The notes beneath the pieces were generated by a model that worked only from the letters and a program-made list of their open reading frames with translations, was not told the DNA's origin and made no database searches. The translations under genes were made by a program, and so were the position numbers. DNA of 64,000 nucleotides from Phoronis australis (taxonomy: Eukaryota; Animalia; Phoronida), in assembly GCA_002633005.1 (NCBI GenBank), contig NMRA01000153.1, positions 454,158-518,157 on the forward strand, in the 5' to 3' direction. Each line of letters begins with the position of its first letter. Within the stretch, counting starts at the first letter, position 1. Below, piece after piece: positions 26,114-39,090 of this stretch.

Positions 26114-26664
26114 TTATGTAAGAAAAAAAGTTCCGACACTGGATTGCGTACCAGTAAACTTTGAATAGCAATTTATGAATAGCGCACTAAGTCATCCACT
26201 CAAGGAGTGGTGGGATTCCCATGAATCTCTACTTCAGGTCAACTTTGACATGTCACCTGAAATGTATAGCACCTGATGCCACCTAGTGGCAGCAACAGTA
26301 CTTATTTCATAGAGAATCCCTCATTTCATGTGACTACAGTAGAAAGAAATCTTGTAATGATGGTAATGATGCGATTTGTTTATGTGAATCTTCATAACAG
26401 AGAAATAACACAGTTTTTAGAATCATTACAACAGGGACATTCGACTTGTTGCAACACGCCACTCATAACCTATGATATTGAACCTTCAACTTCACTATTG
26501 AAGAAAAGTTAATATTTCCCGCAAAAGACATTAGTGTACCAGTTTTGAACAGAAAAGCAAAATGTCAGTCACACAACAAGGCCACCAATTTTAATATTTT
26601 CAAAAGGCTTTTTCCATAATATCTCGCAAGCCCTCGTAGCTAGGCCTTAGGGACTACAACGTAC

Positions 26665-26732
26665 CAAAAACTCGTCTCTTATGAAGTACTTGGCTCTGGT
26701 AACATCTTCGTGTTCACTTGCTTGTGGTATGG
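26665..26732 (-). CDS. GNAS: G alpha-s exon (68 nt)
   Basis: (A)IPQASEHEDVTRAKYFIRDEFL; phase 1/0. Confidence 0.93.
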
Positions 26733-26811
26733 CTGAAACGAGAGACAGTTATACTTTTTCCCAAATAGATTAGCGACCTTGAACAGTAAAAAAACACGAT
26801 GCGATATTCAT

Positions 26812-27314
26812 CAGGGCTTGGGATGACCAACGACAAAAAACGCGGAAACTATTGAAACTTTTACGGCCCAAATCATGCCCAATAACCAGCCTTGAAATGG
26901 CAATGTGAACTTCACAAATCGGGAGGACTAAAAAAAAAAAAAAATGTTACCACCATCAGTAGCATGCGTCTGCGTCCTTTTAGCTCGCCCGTCCACTCCC
27001 AACCCACACATTTTTGGCTGCAGAGCGGTAGTATTTGTCGCCGCGCTTAACAATAACACGAGACGCCATTGAAAATCCCACCACGCTGTCCCAGATGCCC
27101 CAGCAATGTTGACAATTTACGTTCCTCCGAAACATAAAGAGCAACTTCCGCTTTTCGAGGTGAACGTCGTCTGCAACGCCGCGGTAAGAAAGGAATTTGC
27201 CGCGGAAATTTTATATCAAATCCGACTTTTTTAAGCGGAAATATTATAAAAAAAGCGGAAAGCACATTTGAAAAAAGCGGAAATCCGTGTTTCCGCGGAA
27301 AATTCCAAGCCCTG
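26812..27314. mobile_element. 503-bp non-autonomous DNA transposon, TIR CAGGGCTTGG, 7-bp TSD TATTCAT
   Basis: TIRs at both ends; TSD at 26805-26811 and 27315-27321; second partial copy at 54547-54690. Confidence 0.82.
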
Positions 27315-28612
27315 TATTCATACCATTCCTCAAAACCAAGTATGAAACGCCGAGCACAAACAACCATGCCTGCTCGGCACGCAGGATGGTACATTTTAAT
27401 ACTGAAACTCGTGATGGTCTGGCAGAAAGTATCAAATACATTTGTAATATCTGTAATTAATTGTTACCAGCAGACAATCTTTTGAAAAAAAAGGTCTTAA
27501 AAATGGTCAAATTTGGCCATTACTATTGTTGGAAATTGACGAGATTTTACCAGATAGTAGTCAAGAACTGCAGTACAGACAGAGGCTATGCGTTACCATA
27601 GGATTGGAAGACAAATACTGCCGAAAAGCAATTTTTTTGAGTTTTGAAGTCAATAACTGCTCAACGTGACATTTACTGTTGATGTGTGCAAGACAGAACT
27701 CATTCCACATGCAAAGTCAAATTGAACAGATTTATATCCATGTTTAGGCCATAAAGGCACAGCTATGGTTTAGAGAAAGTTGTAGAATAGATTAGATAGC
27801 GTCAAAGACTGATGTAGATACCCAAAACTGGGGAGAGGTACGTTACAAATTCTCCAGTTAGGGAGTCTCTAAAATTTGGGACACTGAAATTGAAGTTGAA
27901 TGTCAATATTCTCCATTATAAAGAATGGGACACGGGTCATTTTGATGGTCAAATTTTTCAAATTGCAGACACTGCATTTTGTATCATCAGTTTCTGAAAA
28001 TAGACTTGACTGAGCATCAAATTGTTGAAAATGGATGCCAACGCAACTTTTCCATATGCCCCAATATTGTGTAACAAAGAGATGATTGATAGTTTGCAGT
28101 TGTCTAGTTCTAAAATTTGGTAGAAACTCCAACTGGGAACAAAATAAGAAATATTCCACTGTCTCGAACTGGAGAACTTTTCCCGTAACCACTAAAAAGA
28201 CTTGTGTTAAGTTGTAAAATAAATGTTTGTTAGAGAGTTATGAGGTTGGACTTGTCTTCCAGTGTGTTGAACATGAACTCATGCTTGTGACATAAAACAA
28301 AGTTTCATCTGGCAAAGCCGATAATATACACGTGTTGTAATTAAGGTAGTTCAAAGACATTTCATCTCAGTGTGCATGGTGACATTTGAGACAGGAATAC
28401 TTACAGTATAATTTTTTCTTACGGACAGGCGACTTGGGAGCTATATATAAAATGCCAGGACTAGTGAGGACAGCCTAAATTTATCAAATATAAACTAACA
28501 AAGACACAGATACTTAATTCATGCCACTAATGTCAGGATCAAAATTTTCCACAAAGGCAAAGTATTGTCGAAAAACTTCAACCGAAAAAGGCACAGCAAG
28601 AAATCAACTCAC

Positions 28613-28743
28613 CATCTTGGGGCGTGGCATATCGAGCATACTCCGGGAAATAATCGTCAATTTTTGATTTGCCCGCCAGAACTTTTTCAGCTAATAAATC
28701 TTGTTTGTTTAGGAAAAGAATTACTGAGATAGTTTTCAGCCAT
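28613..28743 (-). CDS. GNAS: G alpha-s exon (131 nt), includes the G4 NKQD motif
   Basis: [43 protein letters not shown]; donor |gtgagt. Confidence 0.96.
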
Positions 28744-29846
28744 CTGAAAAACAGAAACAGAAATTTAAAGTTTAATGAATCAGGTGTACCAATCAATCAA
28801 TATATTTAGTCAGTTCTAAAAATAGTTAACATGAGCTACGGGCTTGTTTCATCGACTATAAAATTACAATTGGGAGAATAAATAAATAAACACAAATGAG
28901 AGAAAGACCAAACTAAAAACAGTGAACAGCAGTAACATGAAGACATCTGGATTGACACACTCCTTAAGGTCTGTTGGGAGACTGTTCCAAAAGGCAGGGC
29001 TAATATACTGAATTGACTGAATCCCGGAATTTTCTTGACCTTAGGCACAATGAAGCCATGCTTGGCAGGTAAATTATAGGTACTGTTTTTGTAGCCAAAA
29101 GCAAACATCCTGTTAAGCACTCAATGAACCATGACCTCAAACACAAGGGCAAGAAGCCTGGGAGATTTGCTCTACTCAACAGGTCAGAATACGAGCTAGT
29201 GAAGTTATCGAAAAACCATTGAGCCTTTCCAGTCTTTCAGTAGGAGTCATACTTCCAAACCGTCATACCATTGAATCACAAAATTTTAAGGAGCATCTAT
29301 TTGGAATATGGTGCTACTTTGGCTTTTCCAGGCTAAAAAATGTAGCAGGAGGTTGGATGCCTCAGCAAACGTTTGACAAAATATACAGGATTGTCCTCAA
29401 TTTACCTTTTTCGGATTGGCACAATAAAAGAGGATTGACATCAACAGCGAACAATTTTGGAAACATTTTATACACTTGGTTTTATTTGAATAAGATTCTA
29501 GAACTACAGAACTCGTGTATAGTCATATATGCTATTTGCAGGGGATTCAATAGGCACAACATCTTATTTCCTAACTGGCAACTCTGCTAATAACATCACT
29601 ACCTGTGCTCTTCACACAAAAGGACAACTTGGCTTACACAGTTAGAATTCCCATCTTACTGATATAAATACTCTATTACACAAATGGATATACTTGAACA
29701 GGGAAGCACCTCATGAGTTCAATTTGCTCTTAATTTTGCACACTAACCATCAGCACGTTTCTACTGATGTAGCGCACTCAGCTTCGGGAGCCAATCACAG
29801 CTTTGGGTGTATGTACTGTTAGTCGACACAGCCCGCACATACTCAC

Positions 29847-30026
29847 CTATTATTCCAGATGCTTTTGAACAGCTCCAGAGACTCTTTGAGCCGATTTTGG
29901 CTGGGGTCCTCACGCAAGACTAGGTTGTAACTACTGCAAGCGGTGACGAATATAATGGCCGTCACATCGTTGAAACACTGGATCCACTTCCTTCGCTCGT
30001 CCCTCTGGCCTCCCACGTCAAACATA
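29847..30026 (-). CDS. GNAS: G alpha-s exon (180 nt), includes G3 DVGGQ and switch II
   Basis: [59 protein letters not shown](R). Confidence 0.97.
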
Positions 30027-31276
30027 CTGCGGTAAAGGAATGGGTATGTGACAGGCAGGAAAATAACTGTTTTTTTTTTTGTTATAAAAGGCCTACTTTG
30101 CTATTGCAATTTTTAGCACATCACAGTTAAGCCATGACTTACACAAATAATTAGATTAAGCAACAGTTTTGGGTACATTTTCAGATTTTTATTCGCTGCT
30201 ACTTGAGGATTGCATTATTTTCAGATAAAGTGGTGCGGAGTCTTGGATAAAATTTCTAACTTGAACCTCAAGTCATTTTCATAAAACAGACGCCAGAGGT
30301 CGCTTCGACCTCGGAAACTGAAACTCATCTGGTAAAAATGACTCGATATGAGATAAGGGAATTCATTTCAAATGAAAGCATCTCCATAATTGGAAACATG
30401 ATTAGTTTACACTTTTTAATGTACAAATATTCTTATTTTCTTACAAATTACTGCACGGCTCTATATTTCAAGTGAAATTACTTTTGACAGTTAATTCCAT
30501 GGATATACTACAACGGCTTAGAAACTGGCCCTGAGTGAGTAGTTTGAAGTTAATACACACATACTACCTAGGATCCATTCTGGAAGGTAAGAAAGTTAAA
30601 GAAGTCACCTGCATGGCTACATTTCGCAGACTCATGTGATCTCACCATGAAAATAGTCTCAACTATTCGAATCACTAATTTCTAAATGCCAGAGAAATCA
30701 GCTTGCGAACCACAGAATCATATCCTGAACAATGTAACCAGCCAAAAGGTTTGTGAACTAGCACCCAGTTACAGTGTTGAGATATACAGTGTGCTTCAAT
30801 GTCATTTGGTTAGGAGGAGAAACCTGATTTCTCCATTTGGAAATTAGATACAGTGGTTTTTTGAATTGCTAATAGTGCTTGCAATTGAGTAGGACACCTG
30901 GTTACCATGGAAACAAGAAATTCACCCACAACACAGCATGTGACCTTTTAATGGAGAAGTCACTAATAAGTTTGAATACAATGGTTATTAGTTCATTAAC
31001 CAACACATCAACTCATCATGCCCTGCTAATTTCAAACAAACAACCTCTATTTCACAATATATTCTTAATTACTTTGGGTCGACTGTAACCAGATGACCCG
31101 ATGAATAGTTATAACATAATCACGTGCCATGAACACAGTGTGTGTGTACAAGCAGACGTGAGCACTTGCTCACCAAACGTGCAGAAATAACCGCTGAAGA
31201 AGTGAATCGACCAGTCGAACAAACATACGCTGATGCAAACATGTACGTTCTGCAAATTTACTTATTAACTACTTAC

Positions 31277-31350
31277 TGAAAATTCACTTTATCCACTGAA
31301 AACCTAGTTTCGAATATGCCTGACGTCAGGACGCGACACCTCAGAATATC
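31277..31350 (-). CDS. GNAS: G alpha-s exon (74 nt), switch I
   Basis: [24 protein letters not shown](H); donor |gtaagt. Confidence 0.96.
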
Positions 31351-31539
31351 CTGGAAAAGATGAAAACTGTATTATAAGGAAAAATAAAAATTTGATAAAT
31401 GTGTGACTGCAAATCTTGATAATCGTGATTCCAGCTTCAAATCAACACCAATAGATGGCCATCACAACTGTCCATGTGACTTAGTTGGAACTTTTCCTTC
31501 ATAGTCACGAAGTAACACAAAGTATACACCTGAAGACCT

Positions 31540-32240
31540 ATGAAAATACAGAGGTCAATGTAAAATACTTAAATTGCCACTAGAGGCATACCGGTAGTCA
31601 GAATCATCCTAAAGTTGTCATTGTCCGTTGTCAACATCACATAAATACACTTGTTAAATTTAGTAAAGATCCTACAAACGGTTTGGGAGATACAGCCATG
31701 GGCGCAAAAAAAAACTACCACTAGGAGGCGCCACAGTAATCAAAGTCATGGGAAATTCAGCGTAAACCGTCCTCTTCATAGTAAGAACATACATGCCAAT
31801 TTCAACAATCATACTTAGAGCGGTTTGGTTGATAGAGGGGTGGACGCCAAAATACAGACTCAAAAACAATAAAAATGGCCACTGGGTGTCGCAAACTAGG
31901 TCGAATCCATCCGAAAACGGGAGGATAGCGTCATCGCACTAATAGGTGCCTACATACCAAATTTCAAGAAAATCCGTTATGGACTTGTGAAGATACAGAG
32001 GTAAACATAAAAAAATTAAATTGCCACTAGGGGGCACACTGGTAGGCGGATCCGTCCAAAAGTTCGCACATGCCGTCCCATTCATGAATGGAACATATGT
32101 GCCAAATTTCATGAACATATGTCAAAGGGTTTTGGAGATAGAGCGGCAGACGCCGGACGGACCCGCCCGTACGGACGGACGGACAGACGGAGATGACGAC
32201 ATAATGCGTCCACATATAAATATGTGGGCGAATAAAAAGT
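31540..32240 (+). mobile_element. HINE/DINE-like non-autonomous element
   Basis: Diverged tandem core modules, (GGAC)n microsatellite near 32155-32190, terminal hairpin CCACATAT-AA-ATATGTGG (32210-32227). Confidence 0.6.
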
Positions 32241-32246
32241 GGTAAT

Positions 32247-32340
32247 AGTCACAGAGGTCCCGCATTCTGAAAACCAGTTGGATGCCAGTCATTTAGTGGA
32301 GGAAACTGGTTGCCGAAATGCGGGACCCCAGAAAGTGACT
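32247..32340. repeat. Small fold-back (MITE-like) inverted repeat
   Basis: GGTCCCGCATT..AACCAGTT pairs with AACTGGTT..AATGCGGGACC; outer AGTCAC/GTGACT. Confidence 0.6.
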
Positions 32341-33329
32341 AAAAATTCTCTGGAATGGTGATATACCTCATTAATTAACAGAAAGAACACACAAACACAC
32401 AGTGCATTTGCTGACAAGAATAGCTTTAATTCATTAGACTGAACAATTAGTGATTTACCAAGTTTGTTTGATTGTGAAAAATGCTAAGTTGTGAAGCAAA
32501 CCCGCAAAAGAACCTGTATTCAGCATTGACAATAAATACACTGGTCGAGTAGGCAGATTATCATATGTCATGTGATAAACATTGTCCATTCCCAAGAAAG
32601 CTTCGAGTGATCAATAAAAACAATTTGTCGTATTGAAAAAAAATTATGTAGTCACATAAAAAATCCAAGAGTGAACAGAAAATTTACCGAGCCTTCACAG
32701 CTTGAACAAAAATGACGCAACCATTCCCACTCCCGCCTTACTTCAAAAATCCTGTAAGTCGAGTTGGATTTTAGTCAGTCAAGTATGTTATAGGCACCAA
32801 TCAAGGAAACTACAGTATCATTATGTCAATAACCTTGCCTGCAACAGATCCCAGCCATGGCTGCACCCCAAAACAGTAAACAGGTGTAGGCAGACTAGTG
32901 TTCACCAGCCATTGTACGGTTGCTATGCGTAGCCTACCATGTGGCAACAGGAGGAGCTGGTAATAGTGAATTAAAAGCCAGGTATATTTACAGAGTCTCC
33001 TCTGTTTGTTTATCAAGTAGTGACCAAACTACCATGGACAAATGGAAAGGGAGACCGGTTTTCTACACAAATACAAGACTACAATGTCGTTCAACAGCAT
33101 GGCTTGTTTGCAAAGCGTGGCTGGATAAAAACTAGCCTGCAATTGCTGCCTGGCACGCAGTTTCAAAACACCTCAGTAAATATTTATTTTACGTCATAAC
33201 ACTATAACAATGACAATAACAAGGAACTGATTTTGCACAAGTGGAGTCCATGAGTAGATGGACAATACAAATGTGCTCTAATGAATAGCCAGCTTCATTT
33301 TCTTTAAAAGCATATGAAGCATTTGGTTT

Positions 33330-35150
33330 AGTAGCTAGGATGACTAAAAATACAGAGCTGCCTTAATATGCCAGAAAATGGGCAAATGCCATTCAATCCT
33401 AGAGGGGTAAACCGCTGGCAATTTTCTAGAAGACCTATCCTGAAACTTGTATCAAAGTAAACATTTGAAACCTGCAACTGACACCAGGGGGCACAGCAGC
33501 AGACGAATCCATTCAAATAATCCCTTCATGCGTCAAACTTCATGATTGTTTTTGGGATCTGGCAGGTAAGTAAATGAGCACCAAAAATGACACCAAAGTA
33601 TAACAAGAGCAACGCGGAGTGCTGGAATGGACCCACGACTGCACCATAAACCGTGTGCTTCTAGGGGTGTTTATTTGTATCACAAAAATGGCCATTAGAA
33701 TACATTGAACCCATCCATAAATGGGAAGGTGTCGTCTTCTCTCAAAATTGTCTGCCAAATTTTATGAATATACGTCAAACTCCAAAGATACAAAGGCAAC
33801 CGTAAGAAAAAAAAACTGCCATTAGGAAGCACAGCAGGAGTTGAATCAGTCCATCTGCTGTCAAATTGATATGAATACAATTGCACAATTTCAAAAACAT
33901 CTTACAAGGGGTTTAGCAGATAGAGCCGTAGACGTGAAAAAAAAATATCACAAGGAGGCACCACAGTAGTTGCATTCGTTTGAAAATCCATGTAAGTCAT
34001 GCTCTTGTCAGTAGGAACACATCTGTCAATTTTCATAATGATTCTCTGTGTGGTCTGGCAGATACAGAAAGAAAATGACAAAAAAAAACTAAAAAAAATA
34101 ATTAAAATGACCACTAGTTGGTGCAGAATACTCCAAATCCATCACAAAAAAAAGAAAGATGCTGTCGTCTTCACAATAGAAATTTCTTTGCCTAATTTCA
34201 TGAAGAAGCATCAAGAAACTCTGAAGTTACAAAAGCAAATGTAAAAAATAAAATTGCCATTAGAGAGCATAGCTGTAGTTGGATTGGTCTGAAACTGGCC
34301 GTCATCTGTTGCCCTTTCCATAGGAACACATCTGCTAAATTTCAAAAAGATCTTGCAAAGAGTAAAAGCAATACAGCGGTGGACGTAAAAAATCACACTG
34401 GGAGGGGGCAGAGTAGTTGAATATGTCCAAAAACCAACATCAGCCCCCGGTCAGGAACACATCTCCAAATTTTAATAATGAGCCTTCAAGCGGTTTGCTG
34501 GATGGAGAGGGTGATGTCAAAACCGTACTAAAAATTTTCAAAATGACCACCAAGAAGCGCAGAATACGTCAAATCTGCCCGAAAATGAGAAGGTGTCAGT
34601 GTCTCCTTAATAGAAACCTATTTGCAAAATTTCATGACAATAAAAGCAGCTTCTTTATGTTGAAGTTATCAAAAACGGGAACCTGTTCATAAAAATCACA
34701 AATACAGCAGACTTAGGAACACCATCTCATAAATGGCAAATCAGATTCATATGAATATTTCGCACACTATGTTTGATGGACTTTTTCTCCATAACAGTGT
34801 AAGGAATTGCTTTTAAATTGTCCCACTTTTGCAAGACCCTTGAAATAGGACTGTGATGATTCCCGGAAACGGGAAGATAGCATCATCTCACTAATAGATG
34901 CCTATTTGCCACATTTTATGAAAATCTGTTGAGGACTTTTGAAGACACACCGGAAAAGTAAAATTGCTACTAGGGTAAACACCGGTAGTCGGATCCATAT
35001 GAGAGTTTGCTTATACCATCCCATTCATGAAAGAACACATGAAAAATGTCATGAACATGCATCACAGGGCTTTTGAGATAGAGCAGCAGATGCCAAATGG
35101 ATGAAAATGACGGCATAATGTATCCGCATATAAATATGTGGGCACATAAC
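33330..35150 (+). mobile_element. Longer decayed copy of the same HINE-like family
   Basis: Same modules and same terminal CATATAAATATGTGGGC hairpin at about 35125-35145. Confidence 0.55.
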
Positions 35151-35247
35151 AACAAAATACCAACTACGTAATTATCCAACGATAAAACAGCAGACACAAT
35201 GGTAACAAGAAAAGTGAAACAACGAACTGAACAGGAAACAGTAATAT

Positions 35248-37021
35248 AGACCCTATTCACGCCGACAGGAGGCGCATTCCAAAACGAGGCTCGCTACGAT
35301 AGCTCTGTTAGGTTATCGGCATAGTTGTGTGTTTCCGACCGTGTTGTTCCGCGAACGGCTAGCAAAAATACGGACACGCAACTGTCTGCTTCACAATCTC
35401 TAAAGACGTTGAGATTCGGAAGGGTTGGGTCGTTGCCGCGACGAAGCAAAATATGTCCGTGTAAAATTTATAAATGTTTTCGATCATATTTTGTCGCATG
35501 TCGGTCAGTTGTTAAGCATCATAGTAACGACCGGAGAATGGGCCATCCAGGCTGTGTTTTCATGACTACGGATTTAAGGGGGGGGCATGGCCCCCCTAAA
35601 ATTGTATCAGATCCCATTTTTGAGTTCGGGTGCGATGAATTGCTGACTAGCACACGTGCGCAACCAGGGCGGGTCTTGGGGGGTGAATAAACAACGCATA
35701 GGCGCTGAATGAATCCCGTTTACCGTTTTTTCTTAGTCAACAGGTCCGCAAACCCAAGAATTCAAGACCCCTGCATCCCCAGAGTTTAGGCTGGGCGCGC
35801 GCATCTGCCGAAATGCTGCTTATTCCTGTGCCCTGCCCTCTACCCCCAACTGAAAAACCTGGATCCGCCCCTGCTACGGGTTGAAACATTATAATTTTTC
35901 TTGAAAAAGGACTGGGCCCTCAATCCTTCAAATTGCCCAATATCGGCCCTATTCCCCTCTCAAACATATTGAAATATCACGCGAAATTCCCCCCACGAGG
36001 CATAAAAATTCCCCTAGTGAAAAATCTCTCTGAGTTCACATCACCTGTAACCACACGGGTGACAATTTTTAAGAGCACAAAAGGCTACTTTAATTGAGGC
36101 AGAGCCTATGAGAGCTTGCAACAGGGCGGGGGTGCTATTGATGGTGATCGGGAGGTAGATTGTTCCCGCCCTCACTCGGCGAAAAAATCGCCTCTCAGTA
36201 GGCACTGGCACCGTTCCCCTCAGATGAAAGAGGCTTCTGCAGAAACATGATAACTATAATTGCATTGTCCAGTTAACTGAAATTGAGTTCTAAAACGATG
36301 TTATGTTTTGGACGAACGAATTAGGTGTTTTAATTTAAAAATTCAACTAGGTCCAGATTGATATTTGAAATCTAACACATGAAATAGACGTAAGAATTAT
36401 TACAACCAAGAAAGCAATGATGGTCAAATAATTTTTATTTTCAATTACGAGCCTGGTTTTTTATTTTAATAAAAATATATTTAATAACATCAATTATTCT
36501 TTCAGACCAATGACAAATCAACTGTTAGTCCCAGCGAGTGCATAGGATCAGGCTATGCTTGATGTTAACATTCTTGATCAACAAATTAAACCAGATGTGA
36601 CTAATTGCACATGACAGACACCACTGTCGAATATGTCTTCAACTCGTCAACAATACGAGCAGATGACCTGGTCCGCGAAGAAAGTATTTTGATCAACAAT
36701 TTACAAGAAAAAACGTAACCCTGCATTCAGCATAATACCTAAGCCGTAACACTACGATCGCCGCAATTTGGTCATATTTACTTTTCATGTTTCGAACCTA
36801 GTTTTCCGAAAAAAATTAAACCCTTTCGTCAGACAACTCTTTGGCGCCTTAACTTGTTCTCTAATGTAATTTTCTACGTCTCTGTGGTTAACTGTCGACA
36901 CATCATTAAAATTTAATATCCAGGTTGGACTCGAAAGACCTGCTATTTAACTCACGCTTCGCTTTGTTTATCGCAGTGAGCCTCGCTTTGGATCTTAATG
37001 GCCGCCGCGTGAATAGGGTCT
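35248..37021. mobile_element. 1.77-kb non-autonomous TIR element (ISL2EU/PIF-like termini, AT-flanked) with a nested MITE remnant at about 35561-35873
   Basis: AGACCCTATTCACGC ... GCGTGAATAGGGTCT perfect TIRs, AT on both sides; no transposase ORF. Confidence 0.75.
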
Positions 37022-38284
37022 ATGGCTCAAAAATATATTTACCAAATCACCCTGGGTCTGGTTTTGGCGAATTCGTAACTGTACGAGAATCTGTGAAGTA
37101 GGTCACTATACCAAGTGAGTAGTGAATCGAGACTAATAGCCCATTCACTACCGAAAAATGGCAGACGAGTAAAATTGGATTTTCTCGTTTTCGATAAAAC
37201 GTTTGTACGGTAGCACCAAATGCATGATTTTCCATATTCAAACTCTGTAATACATCTACTACAAGACAATCCTTCGAAAACTGATGGGGCATTACATAAC
37301 AATGTCAGAAGCCTTTGAAAAATGAAGATGACCAATTTTGGCAAATATTTTGGCCGAATATGGTGATATTTCACTGCAGCACTTAAGACAATAACAGCAA
37401 AAACGTCAACAATGTAAATGGTTGCAAGGGCCACTTCTGCTAGCTTTTTGCTAGCTATTGGGTTAACCCAAAACTAGAGTCTTTATTTGTTGTTGCATTG
37501 AGGTTATGTGACTATAGAAAAATATCCAAATATGGCAAACTTGGGAACACCATAACTAATAAATGGCAAATCAAGATTCATATGAAAATTTCGCACACTA
37601 TGTTTGACAGACTGTTCTCCATAAAAGTGTAAGGAATTGCTTTTAAATTGTCCCACCAAAATAAGACTAATGATTCACATGAAAAAAATTAAGTTGAATA
37701 AAACAAAAACAAAATATTTTAGAAAACTGTAACATAATTTTTGAGATTTCATCTCCTAACATTGATACAAAATGGATTTTGTAGTTAATCTGCTAAACAT
37801 GGAGACTTTTAAAAAGATTCTACATTAAGCTTAACGAGTTTATGAACAAGCTCATACATTAATTTTTGGTTTGAAAGCAACGCTGGTGGTGAGAAAACAA
37901 ATTAACTACTGTTGAACATGACCCCATCGTGGAAAGTACATCTGCGACTGTTTGGCTAAAATGCTGGTGATTTCACAACTTAAATGCTGTGTTTACACTA
38001 CTCACGTGAGCTTATTATAGCTCCGACTTCTCATAAACAAGTTCCGAAAAAAGGAAACACTTGTGTGTACACGTTTTCCTGTTTAAATCGTTCCAACACA
38101 CATCAAAAGCCTAGTCAATCGAAAGATGAATTCAAGCAGACTTTACCTGAATTATACAGCTGCAAATTAACAAACAGTAGCCCAGAAATAGCAACACCGG
38201 CAAGCGTACAAACAAACGATATACCCCCAGGTGTGTCTACGGGTAATTAGGAAATCTATCAAACTGCTATTAATAGACATTTAT

Positions 38285-38466
38285 TAGCAATATCTTACCT
38301 GCCCAGAGGGTACATAGCAATATCTTACCTGCTCCGAGAGTACATAACAATATCTTACCTGCTCAGAGGGTACATAACAATATCTTACCTGCTCAGAGGG
38401 TACATAACAATATCTTACCTGCTCAGAGGGTACATAGCAACATCTTACCTGCTCAGAGGGTACATA
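38285..38466 (-). repeat. 30-bp tandem repeat x6 containing the GNAS exon end and splice donor
   Basis: Minus-strand unit TATGTACCCTCTGAGCAG|GTAAGATATTGT. Confidence 0.95.
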
Positions 38467-38503
38467 GTCTGTTTGTTTTATATCACCGACTTTATCCAGA
38501 AAA
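38449..38503 (-). CDS. GNAS: G alpha-s exon (55 nt)
   Basis: FLDKVGDIKQTDYVPSEQ; ttttcag| and |gtaaga; phase 2/0. Confidence 0.93.
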
Positions 38504-39051
38504 CTGAAAATAGAATCAAAACAAATTAATTCAAGTTGCCCCTAGACAGCTTAATTTTGGGGATGGTTACCATGGTAACGATCCACTTAAAAATGGATAA
38601 AAAGTGAAGGGTTTCCGCATAGTGAACAGTGACAATGTTATACAAGAAGACATAATGACATCAGACTATTTCGTAGATATAGCTCAGAACGCACTGGAAT
38701 AAAACTGACCGAAGGTACATTTGGCACTGTTACCCTATACACAACATTATTAGCCATCAATACATGTCGATGTTACTGCCAATTTTCTATTCATGGGCAT
38801 GGGCTTCAGGAATAAATACTTGGGGGGAGCTTATTATCAGAATTTTTTATTTTTTCACGCTCAGTTGCATTCCCACATTAGATGTGGGACAAGTTGAAAG
38901 CCTTCATATACCTTCAAAAACATCACCTGCAGTGCATGTGCTGAAATGCCAATTTAATGTGAGACCATGTAACAAAACATCATTACGCCAATCTCTCCAT
39001 GCTAGAGTACATACCTCCCCTCTCCCCCAGCAACCAAATTGATATATCTGC

Positions 39052-39090
39052 ATATGTATATATATATGTATATGTATATGTATATATATG
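39052..39090. repeat. (TA)/(TATG) microsatellite
   Basis: Visible directly. Confidence 0.8.
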
